A stretch of DNA of 64,000 bases from Candidatus Fervidifonticultor primus (lineage in GTDB: Bacteria > Sysuimicrobiota > Sysuimicrobiia > Sysuimicrobiales > Humicultoraceae), in the NCBI GenBank assembly GCA_031459855.1, contig JAVKHP010000001.1, positions 1,825,842-1,889,841 on the forward strand, written 5' to 3'. The number at the start of each line of letters is the position of its first letter. The first letter of the stretch is position 1. Under the pieces are notes generated by a model. The model ran no database searches and was not told where the DNA came from. It worked only from the letters and a program-made list of their open reading frames with translations. The translations under genes were made by a program, and so were the position numbers. Below are positions 25,675 through 38,257 of the stretch, piece by piece.

Positions 25675-27389
25675 GGGGTGCGGACCTCCCGCGCCGCACG
25701 CACGTGCTCGGCGACGTCGGGGAAGGGGAAGTCCTGCACCTCGCGCGCGGCCAGGAACGCCTCGTCGTCGGCGCCGAGCGGCTGCCCTTCGGCCGCGCGC
25801 CGCAGGAGCTGGGAGAGACGCACGAAGTGGGCGTAGTGCTCGGCGAAGCGGCCCTCGGCGTAGTTGCGGGCGGCGCCCGTGGTGATCAGGAACTGCCAGT
25901 CGGAGGCCTGCAGCACCAGCAGTTCGCGCGCCAGCTGCGCCAGCAGCCGCGACAGCAGCGGGTGTCCCTCCCACGCCACGCCGCCGGCCAGCGTCCAGAA
26001 GTCTTCCTCGACGGCGTAGAGCATGTCCCACGTCCAGGCGGTCTGGGGGTTCAGCCACATCCGGTGGTCGCCGCCGTCGCCCCACGAGCCCTCCAGGAGC
26101 GAGACCGTCTCCGCCGGCGGATGGCGGGCCAGGACCGCTGCGGGCGTGGTCACCGTGACGCCGTCGGCGGGCAGCCGCTCCAGCACCGCCCGCAGGAACT
26201 GCGGCCCCTCGAACCACCAGTGGCCGAACAGCTCGGCATCGTAGGGGTTGACCACCAGCGCGCCCTCGAACGCGTGGGCCGGCCCTGCCGCCAGCACACC
26301 GCCCACCAGCCCGGCGAAGTGCGTCGCGTGCGCGCGCGCCCGCGCCAGGGCCGCCGCAGGGTCGTAGCGCTCCTTGGCGCCGAGGTCGCCGCGCGGATCG
26401 GTCACCCGCCAGTACCGGATGCCACCGGGCGTGTGGCGCTTGTGGAACTCGAGGTAGGCGCCGTCGCCCGGGTAGCCCTGGTCGCGGCTCCAGACCTGCA
26501 TCGTGGTCTGCGGATCGCGCAACAGGGCCACGGCGCCACCGGCACCCTCCCGCGACGCCACCAGGTAGGCGCGGTAGGGCGTGAGGTCGCGGCGAAAGGG
26601 CGGCGCCGCAGGCTCGCCGCCCAGGGCGCGCAGCGCGGGGTAGTAGTCGCGATAGGCAGTGCGGGCCTCCCCGCCCTGCAGCAGGTGGGCGTCGGCCACG
26701 AAGTACTCCAGCCCGTGTGCGGCGAGGAACTCCTCGAGCCCCCGGCGGTGGCGGCGCACGCGGCCCCGCAGCGGCCCCGCCGGCGGCGTCCACGTGTAGC
26801 GCGGTCTGTACCCGCACTCGGGCAGCCAGGCGCCGCGCGCGGGCTGGCCGAAGTGGCGCGCGTGGGCGGCGGCTCCCACGCGCACCTGGAGGTCGATGGA
26901 CTCGTCGCGCCCCAACAGCGGCAGGTAGCCGTGGGTGGCCGCCGAGGTGATGAGCTCCACAGCCCCCGTCGCCGCCAGCCGCCGCAGCGCGCCGAGCAGG
27001 TCACCGTCCAGGCGCCGCAGGTGCGCCAGCGCCCGTCGGTAGACGTCTTCCCAGAAGTAGGTGAGGTCTGCCAGCGCGCCCTCGCCGGCGCGCTCGAACC
27101 GGGCGCGATCGGCCGCCACGGCGTCCAGGCGCTGCGCGAGGTACGTCTCGACCTCTGCGGCGCACTGCGGGTGCGCCAGTTGCTCGCACAGCACCGGCGA
27201 GCAGCTGACGGTAACAGGGGTGGTGGGTCCGCGGGCGGCCAGTGCGTCGAGCTGCTCCAGCAGCCGCAGGTAGCAGCCGACGACAACCTCGGCCAGCCAC
27301 TCGCTCCCATGCGGCCAGCGCCCGTGAGCCAGGACCAGCGGCAGATGCGCGTGGAGGATCAGGAGGAAGTACCCGCGCGACGGGGCCAT
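25671..27389 (-). CDS. GH57 family 1,4-alpha-glucan branching enzyme (Thermus/Thermococcus-type GBE)
   Basis: MAPSRGYFLLILHAHLPLVLAHGRWPHGSEWL.. is GH57 GBE-like; 572 aa. Coupled to glgC. Confidence 0.8.
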   Translation of the reverse strand: MAPSRGYFLLILHAHLPLVLAHGRWPHGSEWLAEVVVGCYLRLLEQLDALAARGPTTPVTVSCSPVLCEQLAHPQCAAEVETYLAQRLDAVAADRARFERAGEGALADLTYFWEDVYRRALAHLRRLDGDLLGALRRLAATGAVELITSAATHGYLPLLGRDESIDLQVRVGAAAHARHFGQPARGAWLPECGYRPRYTWTPPAGPLRGRVRRHRRGLEEFLAAHGLEYFVADAHLLQGGEARTAYRDYYPALRALGGEPAAPPFRRDLTPYRAYLVASREGAGGAVALLRDPQTTMQVWSRDQGYPGDGAYLEFHKRHTPGGIRYWRVTDPRGDLGAKERYDPAAALARARAHATHFAGLVGGVLAAGPAHAFEGALVVNPYDAELFGHWWFEGPQFLRAVLERLPADGVTVTTPAAVLARHPPAETVSLLEGSWGDGGDHRMWLNPQTAWTWDMLYAVEEDFWTLAGGVAWEGHPLLSRLLAQLARELLVLQASDWQFLITTGAARNYAEGRFAEHYAHFVRLSQLLRRAAEGQPLGADDEAFLAAREVQDFPFPDVAEHVRAAREVRTP

Positions 27390-27503
27390 GGCGCCTCCGC
27401 CTGACTTGGCGTCTCGGGCGCGGAACTCCTCCCGCCGCTCCTTGCCCGGCGTCGCAGGCGTCCCGAAGACCGTGCGCCCTGGTCGCCCGCACGCCTGCCG
27501 GTC

Positions 27504-27600
27504 CCGTCACGCCGTCTGCGCGCGGAACCAGTGCCACCGGGCGCGGCCCCTCGGCTACCTGGACCGTCACCCCGTGTGCGCCCGGAACCAGTCGACGGTG
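27504..27600. repeat. Two copies of a ~60-bp unit (ccgtcacsccgtstgcgcscggaaccagt..) spanning the 3' end of the epimerase gene
   Basis: First ~31 bp of each copy nearly identical; the second copy begins 3 bp before the epimerase stop codon. Seen directly. Confidence 0.5.
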
Positions 27601-28490
27601 GCCGCGAGCCCTTCCTCCAGCGACACCGCCGGCGTCCATCCCAGGTGCGTCCGGGCAGCGTCCGCCGCCAGCACCACGTGTCGGACGTCACCCGGCCGCG
27701 GCGGGCCGTACACCGGTGGTGGGGCCCCCGGCACCTGCCGGGCCAGCGCGCCGTAGACCTGGTTGACGGTGGTGGCCACCGCGGTGCCGATGTTGAAGGC
27801 GCCGCGGGCACGGCGGTCGGTGGCCAGCAGGTTGGCCCGGACGACGTCCGCCACGTAGACGAAGTCGCGGGTCTGCTCTCCGTCGCCGTGGATCGTCGGC
27901 GCCCGACCGTCGAGCAGCGCGCGCGCGAAGATGGCCACCACGCCCGCTTCGCCGTGCGGGTCCTGGCGCGGGCCGTAGACGTTGGCGTAGCGCAGGCAGA
28001 CGGCGGCGAGCCCGTGGAGCCGGCCGTAGGTCGCGATGTACTGCTCGGCACACCACTTGGCGCACCCGTAGGGCGAGAGCGGTCGCACCGGCGTCGCCTC
28101 GTCGGCGGGCAAGCGCTCGGGGTCCCCGTACAGCGCGCCGCCGGTGGAGGCGAAGATCAGATGCTCGACGCCGAACTCGACGCACAGCGCCAGGACCCGC
28201 AGCGTGCCCAAAACGTTCACCTCGGCGTCGCCGAGCGGGTCCCGGACCGAGAGGCTCACCGACGCCTGGGCTGCGTGGTGGTTGACGACCTGCGGCCGTT
28301 CGCGCGCGAAGACCTCGCGCAGCGCCGGGTCACGGACGTCCACCTGGTAGAAGCGCGCGCCCGCCGGCACGAACGCACGGCGGCCGCCGACCAGCGAGTC
28401 GACGACGATCACCTCGTCGCCCCGGGCGAGGTACGCCTCGGCCACGTGGGAGCCGATGAAGCCGGCGCCGCCGGTTACCAGGACGCGCAT
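27567..28490 (-). CDS. NAD-dependent epimerase/dehydratase (UDP-glucose 4-epimerase GalE-like)
   Basis: MRVLVTGGAGFIGSHV..; YGCAKWCAEQY (YxxxK); 307 aa. Confidence 0.8.
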   Translation of the reverse strand: MRVLVTGGAGFIGSHVAEAYLARGDEVIVVDSLVGGRRAFVPAGARFYQVDVRDPALREVFARERPQVVNHHAAQASVSLSVRDPLGDAEVNVLGTLRVLALCVEFGVEHLIFASTGGALYGDPERLPADEATPVRPLSPYGCAKWCAEQYIATYGRLHGLAAVCLRYANVYGPRQDPHGEAGVVAIFARALLDGRAPTIHGDGEQTRDFVYVADVVRANLLATDRRARGAFNIGTAVATTVNQVYGALARQVPGAPPPVYGPPRPGDVRHVVLAADAARTHLGWTPAVSLEEGLAATVDWFRAHTG

Positions 28491-28536
28491 GGGCGGACCG
28501 CGCCGGGTGCGGTAGAGTAAGAGGGGCGCCGCGCCG

Positions 28537-28869
28537 TCATCGGCGCCGACCCCGCGCCCAGGAGCGTGCGCGCCGGCGCGTCTGCTGGATGCGGTCGAGC
28601 ACCCTAGCGGCAGCCACCAGCTCGGGCAGCGCGGCGACGTCCAGGCGCCACTTGAGCTCGCGCAGGAGCTCGCCGCGCGACATCTCAGCGGGCGCCCACG
28701 GCGGCGGCGAGGGCTGGTAGCGCCACCGGCGGGTCTGCTCCAGAGCGTAGAGCACCTCCCGCAGCAGGTCCCGCGGGATCGCCACGATCTCGTCGCGCAG
28801 CCGGCGGCGCAACTGCAGGAGGTGGCGGAGGTCGGTGCCGCTGAGACGTGTGCGCTCGATCGGAGACAT
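28537..28869 (-). CDS. Hypothetical small protein (110 aa), upstream of and co-directional with the epimerase gene
   Basis: C-terminal segment of the otherwise rejected 929-aa antisense ORF has protein-like composition (MSPIERTRLSGTDLRHLLQLRRRLRDEIVAIPRDLLREVLYALEQTRRWRY..). No obvious SD; family not recognised. Confidence 0.3.
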   Translation of the reverse strand: MSPIERTRLSGTDLRHLLQLRRRLRDEIVAIPRDLLREVLYALEQTRRWRYQPSPPPWAPAEMSRGELLRELKWRLDVAALPELVAAARVLDRIQQTRRRARSWARGRRR

Positions 28870-29034
28870 GTACGCGGCGGAAAGGGTTCGCGCTGCGACG
28901 GCCGGTCCCTCTTGCCGGTCGGGGGGAAGGACGGAGGCCCGTGCCTGGTGCAGGTCGTCGCCTGCGGCGGGCGACTCCTTGCTGACACGGACAGGACGCT
29001 TGCTGACGCTGGCAGGACGGAGGGCTCGAGGCGG

Positions 29035-30138
29035 ATGGTGGTCGAGGACGGTGGTGCGCCGATGATCGACCTGGACGATCCGACGGCGCTTCGACGCGGC
29101 GATCCCGCCGGCATGCTGGCACTGGTGGAGGGCCTGGGGCCCATGGTGCTGGAGGGCTGGGAGGTGGGTGCGGCGGCTGCACCGCACCTCCGTGCACCCC
29201 GCGTGGTGGTCGTCGCGGGCCTGGGCGGCTCGGGGATCGGCGGCGACCTGCTCGAGGCGCTCCTTGCGCCGACCAGCCCGGTGCCCGTCCTCGTCGTGAA
29301 GGCCACCGCGCTGCCGGCCTGCGTCGACCGCGACGCGCTGGTGATTGCGTGTTCGTACTCCGGTAACACCGAGGAGACCCTGGCCGCCTTCGACGACGCG
29401 ACCCGTCGCCAGGCGGCGGTGGTGGCGGTCACCTCCGGGGGTGCCCTGGCCGCGCGGGCGCGCGCCGCTGGCGTCCCCGTGGTGGCGGTCCGGCCCGGCC
29501 TGCCGCCCCGGGCGGCCCTCCCCCTGCTGTTCCTGCCGATGGTCCGTCTCGCGCACCACTTGGGGCTGACCCCCATTGGCGATGCCGACGTGCGGGAGGC
29601 CGCCGAGCTCCTGGGCCGGCTGGCCACCGAGTGGGGCCCGTCGGCCCCCACAGCGGGCAACCTGGCCAAGCAGCTCGCCACCCGGCTGTCCCGGGCGCTC
29701 CCGGTGGTCTACGCGGCCACCCCTGGCCTGGCCCCGGTGGCCTACCGGTGGAAGACCCAGCTCAACGAGAACGCCAAGCGCTTTGCGGTCTGGAATCGCT
29801 TCCCCGAGGCGAGTCATAATGAAATAGAGGGGTGGCAGGCGCCGCCTGCGGAAGCCGCCGTGGTGGTGCTCAGGGACGCCGAGGACGGCGTGCGCGCGGC
29901 GCGCGAGATCGGCGCAGTGCGCGCGCTGCTGGCCCGGCGGGCCGGCCAGGTGGACGAGGTGTGGACGCAGGGCACAGGCCGCCTGGCGCGGGTGTTCTCT
30001 CTGGTACTGCTCGGCGACTTCGTGAGCGTGTACGCCGCGCTGGCGCGGGGGGTGGACCCCACGCCCATCGCGGCGATCGCGGCGGTGAAACAGCAGGTGC
30101 AGGAAGCGCTGCCGTCGCAGGGAACCAGTGCCCTGTAG
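29035..30138 (+). CDS. Bifunctional phosphoglucose/phosphomannose isomerase (SIS-domain PGI/PMI family)
   Basis: ..MIDLDDPTALRRGDPAGMLALVEGL..; SIS motif VVVAGLGGSGIGGDLLEAL; ..YSGNTEETL... Alternative start at 29062. Confidence 0.75.
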   Translation: MVVEDGGAPMIDLDDPTALRRGDPAGMLALVEGLGPMVLEGWEVGAAAAPHLRAPRVVVVAGLGGSGIGGDLLEALLAPTSPVPVLVVKATALPACVDRDALVIACSYSGNTEETLAAFDDATRRQAAVVAVTSGGALAARARAAGVPVVAVRPGLPPRAALPLLFLPMVRLAHHLGLTPIGDADVREAAELLGRLATEWGPSAPTAGNLAKQLATRLSRALPVVYAATPGLAPVAYRWKTQLNENAKRFAVWNRFPEASHNEIEGWQAPPAEAAVVVLRDAEDGVRAAREIGAVRALLARRAGQVDEVWTQGTGRLARVFSLVLLGDFVSVYAALARGVDPTPIAAIAAVKQQVQEALPSQGTSAL

Positions 30139-30183
30139 CGCAACTGCGCGCCGGGGCGGGCAGCACAGGGAGCGGAGGCGATC

Positions 30184-31284
<1,101 letters not shown>

Positions 31285-31289
31285 CGCGG

Positions 31290-31314
31290 GCGGTGGTGCG
31301 CCGCGCGCCACCGC
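31290..31314 (+). terminator. GC-rich hairpin (11-bp stem, 3-nt loop: gcggtggtgcgccgcgcgccaccgc) 6 nt after the ATPase stop; no U-tract
   Basis: Inverted repeat seen directly; lies in a convergent intergenic region. Confidence 0.4.
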
Positions 31315-31547
31315 GCGGCGCAGCATGCGCAGTGCCGCACGCCGTCATCCGACGCGGGCAGTCGCGAGCGTCGCGCGGTGCCCGGGGCGGCCGCGGCGGT
31401 GCGCGCCTGCCCCCAGCCCAAGACGTTGCAGCCGTAGCGCCGCAGCAGCGTCCGGCACCGGCTCCACGGGTGCGGGCCGGTCATCACGGAGACACGACGA
31501 TCGGCCCGCTGCAGCGCTCCCAGCACTGCGGGTGACAGCAGGCTGTC

Positions 31548-32453
31548 CTAGCCCGCCGCCGGCCGTCGCTCGCTGCGCTCGCTCCCCAACGCCGCACCGG
31601 CCATGTCGCCCAGCGGTCCGAGCAACTTGGTGAACTCCAGCGGGAAGATGAACTTGGTGGCCGGGCTTGCGCCCAGCGCCTTGAGGGTCTCCAGGTACTG
31701 GAGGGCCATGGTCTTGGCGTCCACGGTCTGCGCCACCTTGAAGATCGTGTCCAGCGCCAGCGCGAACCCCTCGGCCCGCAGGATCGCCGCCTGACGGTCG
31801 CCCTCCGCGCGCAGGATCGCCGCCTGCTTCTCGCCCTCGGCCACCTTGATGGCCGCCTCGCGCTTCCCGTCGGCCTCGGTGACCACCGCACGGCGCGTGC
31901 GCTCCGCCGACATCTGCCGGGTCATCGCCTCCTGCACGTCCTTGGGCGGCAGGATCTCGCGGATCTCGACGGTGGTGACCTTCACGCCCCAGCGCTCGGT
32001 CACCTCGTCGAGCTTGGCGCGCAGTACCTGGTTGATCTGCTCGCGCCGGGCCAGCACGTCGTCGAGGATGATGTCGCCGATGACCGCGCGCAGGGTGGTG
32101 GTGGCCACACCGCGGGCCGCGCCCGCGAAGTCGGCCACCTGGATGACCGAGCTCTCGGGGTCGACCACCTTGTAGTAGATGAGGAAGTCGATGTTGATGG
32201 GCGCGTTGTCGCGGGTGATGCATGTCTGGGAGGGGATCTCGATGAACTGCTCGCGCAGGTCCACCCAGACGGCGCGGTCGACGATGGGGATGAGGAAGAC
32301 GATGCCCGGGCCCTTGCGGCCGATGCTGCGGCCCAGCCGGAAGACCACGAGCCGCTGGTACTCGCGGACGATCTTGATGGCCGCGTTGAGGATCATCAGG
32401 CCGACGATGACGACGGCCGCGGCGTACGTCAGCAGTCCCACGATGTCTGGCAT
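31548..32453 (-). CDS. SPFH/band 7 (stomatin/prohibitin-like) membrane protein
   Basis: Start MPDIVGLLTYAAAVVIVGLMILNAA (TM), then ..IKIVREYQRLVVFRLGR..; coiled-coil AEGEKQAAILRAEG. Confidence 0.8.
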   Translation of the reverse strand: MPDIVGLLTYAAAVVIVGLMILNAAIKIVREYQRLVVFRLGRSIGRKGPGIVFLIPIVDRAVWVDLREQFIEIPSQTCITRDNAPINIDFLIYYKVVDPESSVIQVADFAGAARGVATTTLRAVIGDIILDDVLARREQINQVLRAKLDEVTERWGVKVTTVEIREILPPKDVQEAMTRQMSAERTRRAVVTEADGKREAAIKVAEGEKQAAILRAEGDRQAAILRAEGFALALDTIFKVAQTVDAKTMALQYLETLKALGASPATKFIFPLEFTKLLGPLGDMAGAALGSERSERRPAAG

Positions 32454-32732
32454 GCGCCACCTCCTGGCGGCCTGGGGCGCCACCATAGTTCTGGCTGCTG
32501 GCAGGGTCTTCCTGCGTCGGGCGCTGTGCGGGCAGCACTCCCAGTAGGACGACGCGCGGCTCGCCGCCTGGTCGTCGGGATCGTAGCGGCGCGCCGGCGC
32601 CTGGGCACTCCCGAGGGCTCCCGAGCGGACGGCACGCTGCTGGCCCCCTGCCCCGGGCCGCGGGAAGGGAGCGTAACGCCGTCGGGCGCCGACCAGGGGG
32701 CCGGGGGATACGGCCCGAAGAGGGGAGCGGCG

Positions 32733-33680
32733 ATGTGGTACCTGGGCGTGGACTTGGGCGGGACGAAGATCCTGACGGCGGTCGTAGACGAGACCGGCCA
32801 AGTGGCAGCCCGCGTGCGGGCGCCCACGCCGCAGACCGGGCCGGCCGCGGTGGTCGAGGCCATCGCCGCCACCGCCCAGCAGGCCCTCGAAGCGGCAGGC
32901 CTACCCCGCGGGGCCGTGCGCGCCGCCGGGGTCGGCGCGCCCGGCCCCGCCGATCCCGTCACCGGCACGGTGTTCAGCCCGCCCAACCTCCCTGGCTGGG
33001 GCGACGTGCCGCTGGCCGACCTGCTGCGCGCCCGGCTGGAGGTGCCCGTGGCCGTCGAGAACGACGCCAACGCGGCGGCGCTGGGCGAACACTGGGTCGG
33101 GGCCGGGCGCGGCGTCGACGACCTGCTCTACATCACGGTGGGCACCGGCATCGGCGGCGGGCTCATCCTGCGCGGCCAGCTCTACACCGGCACCTCGGGC
33201 TGCGCCGGTGAGGTCGGCCACATGGTGATCGTCCCCGACGGCCCGCGCTGCGCCTGCGGCCGGCAGGGATGCCTGGAAGCGGTGGCCTCGGGGCCCGCCA
33301 TCGCGCGCGCGGCCCGCGCCGCGCTGGAGGCCGGCCGGCCCTCGGTCCTCTCGGCGGTGGCGGCCGAGGAGCTGGACGCGCACGCGGTGGCCCGGGCGGC
33401 GGTCGAAGGCGATCCGCTCGCGCGCGAGGTCTTCGCCCGCGCGGCCCGCTACCTGGGGCTGGCCGTGGCGAACCTGGTCAACCTGCTCAACCCCGCCATG
33501 GTCATCATCGGCGGCGGCGTGGCCCGTGCCGGCGACCTGCTGCTGGCTCCGGTGCGCCGCATCGTGGACGCCGAGGCCTTCGCGCGGCCTGCGGCGGCGG
33601 TCCGCATCGTGCCGGCGGCCCTTGGGGCGGATGCGGGTGCGCTGGGGGCTGTCGCCGCGGCACGCCAGCGCCTCGCCTAG
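32733..33680 (+). CDS. ROK family glucokinase
   Basis: MWYLGVDLGGTKIL..; ROK motif ..GHMVIVPDGPRCACGRQGCLEAVASG..; 315 aa. Confidence 0.85.
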   Translation: MWYLGVDLGGTKILTAVVDETGQVAARVRAPTPQTGPAAVVEAIAATAQQALEAAGLPRGAVRAAGVGAPGPADPVTGTVFSPPNLPGWGDVPLADLLRARLEVPVAVENDANAAALGEHWVGAGRGVDDLLYITVGTGIGGGLILRGQLYTGTSGCAGEVGHMVIVPDGPRCACGRQGCLEAVASGPAIARAARAALEAGRPSVLSAVAAEELDAHAVARAAVEGDPLAREVFARAARYLGLAVANLVNLLNPAMVIIGGGVARAGDLLLAPVRRIVDAEAFARPAAAVRIVPAALGADAGALGAVAAARQRLA

Positions 33681-33826
33681 CGTCGTGGGCGCCGCGCCGA
33701 CTGCCCTGGACGCGCGGACCCCACGGCGTCGGCTGCCGTCGGGGAATCCACAGGACGTTGTGGGAGCAATCTCGCAGATGCTCCTCGACGTACGGTCCCC
33801 ACGGCGTCGGCGGCCGTCGGGCGCCC

Positions 33827-35178
<1,352 letters not shown>

Positions 35179-35179
<1 letters not shown>

Positions 35180-35691
35180 CACCGGCCCCGGGCGGTGGGC
35201 TCGAGGGCAGGTTCGATGAGGAAGAGGGGCTGGCCGTACTCGACGGGGCTGGCGTTGTCCACCAGCACGCGGGCGAGGCGGCCGCCGACCTCGGCCTGGA
35301 TCTCGTTGAAGAGCTTCATCGCCTCGATGATGCAGACCACCTGCCCGGGCGTCACGTGGTCGCCTTCCTTGACGAAGGGCGGCGCGTCCGGAGCCGGCGC
35401 ACGGTAGAACGTGCCCACCATGGGCGCGACGATGGGCACCAGGTGATCCTCGGCGGCCGGGCCGGTGGCGCCGGCGGGCGTGGCAGTGGGCGTGCCGGCG
35501 GTCGCCGCAACGGCCCCGGGGCTCGCTGCGCTGCCGGCCGCCCCGGCGTCGGCGTGCACCACCGGCTGGCCCGCACCGGTGCGCACGCGCACCTTGAGCG
35601 AGGGGATGGCCACCTCCAGTTCCGCCACGCCGCCCTCGGTGGCGATGCGCACCACCTCGCGGACCTGCTCGAAGTCGATGCGGTCGGTCAT
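35179..35691 (-). CDS. accB: Acetyl-CoA carboxylase biotin carboxyl carrier protein
   Basis: Pro/Ala linker then ..IVAPMVGTFY..GDHVTPGQVVCIIEAMKLFNEIQAE.. (biotinyl-lysine AMK motif). Confidence 0.85.
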
Positions 35692-36680
35692 GGTCGCTCC
35701 TCATAATAGCCCATGCGCCGGTACTTGGCATACCGCCGGCGCACGAGCTCGTCGACCGGGAGGCCGTCCAGGGTCGCCAGGTGCCGGCGCACCGCGGCGC
35801 GCACCGCGTCGACCGCCCGCGCCGGGTCGGTGTGCGCGCCGCCCGGAGGTTCCGGGACGACCTCGTCCACGACCTCGAGGGCCAGCAGGTCCGCGGCCAC
35901 CAGCCGCAGGGCACCGGCGGCCTCGCGCGCCCGGGTCGCGTCGTGCCAGAGGATGGCCGCGCAGCCTTCCGGCGGGATGACGGTGTAGATGGCGTGCTCG
36001 AGCATCAGCACCGCATCGCCCACGGCGATGGCCAGCGCGCCGCCGCTGCCGCCCTCGCCCGTGACCGTCACCACGATGGGCACCCGCAGCCGGGTCATCT
36101 CCATGATGTTGCGCGCGATGGCCTCGGCCTGGCCACGCTCTTCGGCGGCATCGCCCGGGTACGCCGCCGGCGTGTCGACGAAGCTCAGGACCGGGTACCC
36201 GAACTTCTCGGCGAGCTTCATCACCCGCAGGGCCTTGCGGTAGCCCTCGGGGTAGGGCATGCCGAAGTTGTGGGCCAGGTTCTCCCGGGTGTCGCGGCCC
36301 TTGTGCGGCGCGATGGCCGCCACCGGGCGCCCCTCGAACCAGCCGAGGCCGCAGACAAGCGCCGGGTCGTCCCGGAACGCGCGGTCGCCGTGCAGTTCGG
36401 TGAAGTCGTCGACCAGCGCCGCCAGGAACTCGTGCGCCTTGGGCCGCTGGGGGTGGCGCGCCAGGGCCACGGCCTGCCAGGGCGTGCGCAGCGCGGCCAG
36501 CTCTTCGCGCAGCGCAGCGGCGCGCGCTTCCAGGGCCTCCACCAGGTCGGGCGCCGGCGGTCCTGTCTGCGCCGCGCGCTGGCGGTGCTGCGCGAGCTCG
36601 CGCGTCACCTCGCCCAACTGCGCTTCGAGCGCGGCTGCCCGCTCCTCGGCTTGGCGGTCGCGCTCGGGTAGGACCTTCAC
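35688..36680 (-). CDS. accA: Acetyl-CoA carboxylase carboxyltransferase alpha subunit
   Basis: GTG start VKVLPERDRQAEERAA..; ..RHPQRPKAHEFL..DRAFRDDPALVCGLGWFEGRPV..TPAAYPG.. Confidence 0.85.
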   Translation of the reverse strand: MKVLPERDRQAEERAAALEAQLGEVTRELAQHRQRAAQTGPPAPDLVEALEARAAALREELAALRTPWQAVALARHPQRPKAHEFLAALVDDFTELHGDRAFRDDPALVCGLGWFEGRPVAAIAPHKGRDTRENLAHNFGMPYPEGYRKALRVMKLAEKFGYPVLSFVDTPAAYPGDAAEERGQAEAIARNIMEMTRLRVPIVVTVTGEGGSGGALAIAVGDAVLMLEHAIYTVIPPEGCAAILWHDATRAREAAGALRLVAADLLALEVVDEVVPEPPGGAHTDPARAVDAVRAAVRRHLATLDGLPVDELVRRRYAKYRRMGYYEERP

Positions 36681-37594
36681 GGTCCCGCGCCTCCCGGCCC
36701 CGCGTCCCCCGCTCCCGCGCCTTCCGTCCGTGCGCCTTCCGACGCCGCGGCAGCAGCCTCCACGCGGGGCGCGCCGAAGTAGCGCAGCAACCTGCGCAGC
36801 GTCTCCCGCAGCTGCGCTCGTGGGACCACCAGGTCGATCAGCCCGTGCTCCAGACAGAACTCGGCCGTCTGGAACTGCGCGGGCAGCTTGCGGCGGATCG
36901 TCTGCTCGATCACCCGGCGGCCCGCGAAGCCGATCAGCGCGCCCGGCTCGGCCAGGATCACGTCGCCCAGGAACGCGAAGCTGGCGGTCACGCCGCCGGT
37001 GGTGGGGTCGCACAGCACCGAGATGTAGGGGAGCCGCGCGTCATGGACACGCCCCACCGCCGCACTGGTCTTGGCCAGCTGCATCAGCGACAGCGCGCCC
37101 TCCTGCATGCGCGCGCCCCCTGACGCCGCAAACGTCACCAGGGGCACCCGCGCGTCGACTGCGCGCTCGGCCAGGCGCGCGATCTTCTCGCCCACCACCG
37201 AGCCCATCGAGCCGCCCATGAAGAAGAAGTCCAGCGCGCCGACCGCGATCCGGTAGCCGTCGATGGTGCCAAAGCCGGTCAGGGCCGCCTCAGGACGGCC
37301 CGTGGCCCGCCGGGCCTCGGCGAGCTTGGCCGCGTACCCGTCGAACCGCAGGGGATCGCCGCTGGTCAACCCGGCGTCGGTCTCCTGGAACGAGCCTGCA
37401 TCGAGCACCTGGGCCAGGCGTTCGGGCGCGGCGAGGCGGTGGTGGTACCCGCAGGTCGGGCAGACCTTGAGGTTGCGTTCCAGGTCCTTGGTGTAGGTAA
37501 CGGCGCCGCACCGGGGACACTTCGTCCACAGCCCGGCCGGGAGGTCGCGCCGTTCGGTGGAGGTGTACTTCGGGCGGCGCAGCCAGTGCAGCAT
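36677..37594 (-). CDS. accD: Acetyl-CoA carboxylase carboxyltransferase beta subunit (Zn-ribbon N-terminus)
   Basis: MLHWLRRPKY..WTKCPRCGAVTYTKDLERNLKVCPTCGYHHRL..; GGSMGSVVGEK.. Confidence 0.85.
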   Translation of the reverse strand: MLHWLRRPKYTSTERRDLPAGLWTKCPRCGAVTYTKDLERNLKVCPTCGYHHRLAAPERLAQVLDAGSFQETDAGLTSGDPLRFDGYAAKLAEARRATGRPEAALTGFGTIDGYRIAVGALDFFFMGGSMGSVVGEKIARLAERAVDARVPLVTFAASGGARMQEGALSLMQLAKTSAAVGRVHDARLPYISVLCDPTTGGVTASFAFLGDVILAEPGALIGFAGRRVIEQTIRRKLPAQFQTAEFCLEHGLIDLVVPRAQLRETLRRLLRYFGAPRVEAAAAASEGARTEGAGAGDAGPGGAGP

Positions 37595-37639
37595 GTGCGC
37601 CTCGGTGGCTGGTACGGATCGGCGGGCGCACACGCGCCC

Positions 37640-37665
37640 GCGAGAACCATACCATTATACCCTGC
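37640..37665 (-). promoter_or_regulatory. Candidate accDABC promoter: perfect TATAAT -10 on the minus strand (~37654..37659), ~55 nt upstream of accD ATG
   Basis: ggtatggtTATAATggt seen in revcomp; a rare AT hexamer in a ~70% GC background. No good -35 found. Confidence 0.35.
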
Positions 37666-37881
37666 GCCGCCCGGTGGTGGATGATGTCGGAGCACGTGCA
37701 GTTCCTCCACAACCAGCCGCGCCGCCCGGAGCTGGATAATGCCGGACGATACGCACCCTGCTCGGCGGGCTCAGGCGCCGCGCGTCGTCACGTTGGTGGC
37801 CGCGGCGCGGCACCTGACCGTGACGCGGTCAGTATGGGTGCGCCGCCAGCAGCAAGCGCTTGCGGGGCGCCCCGCGCCCCG

Positions 37882-38151
37882 TCACTTCCTGATCAGCGTG
37901 TGCAACTCCTGGACGTGCCGCTGAGGTTTGATGTCGGGGGGGAGATTCGGGCGGACGTACTTGGCGAACCACTCACTTGCCGCCTTGGATGACTCCCACA
38001 CCTCGACGACCCGCCAACCGCCCTCGATCGGGTGTCCAAAGTGCATGATGAAGCCGGGAGCCTCCTTGAGCGCCTCGCCAAGGGCGCGGATGGTCTGTTC
38101 ATAGCCTTCGGGCGTTTGGCCTGGGACATCACCTGTAATGACCACCGGCAT
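37882..38151 (-). CDS. Small ABM/Dabb-fold-like protein (antibiotic-biosynthesis-monooxygenase-like), inside a lower-GC islet
   Basis: MPVVITGDVPGQTPEGYEQTIRALGEALKEAPGFIMHFGHPIEGGWRVVEVWESSKAASEWFAKYV.. fits the ferredoxin-like ABM pattern (..pGfl.h....eggw.vvE.WeS.eA...). Perfect SD GGAGGTGA 6 nt upstream of the ATG. Confidence 0.5.
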   Translation of the reverse strand: MPVVITGDVPGQTPEGYEQTIRALGEALKEAPGFIMHFGHPIEGGWRVVEVWESSKAASEWFAKYVRPNLPPDIKPQRHVQELHTLIRK

Positions 38152-38257
38152 TGCGATCACCTCCATCAGACGTTTGTCCGAACAGGCCAAGAAGCCGACG
38201 GATGGCATTCCGCTCCGGCTCTGCCGTTCGGACCGTGCGAGTCCACCCATCGAACGT

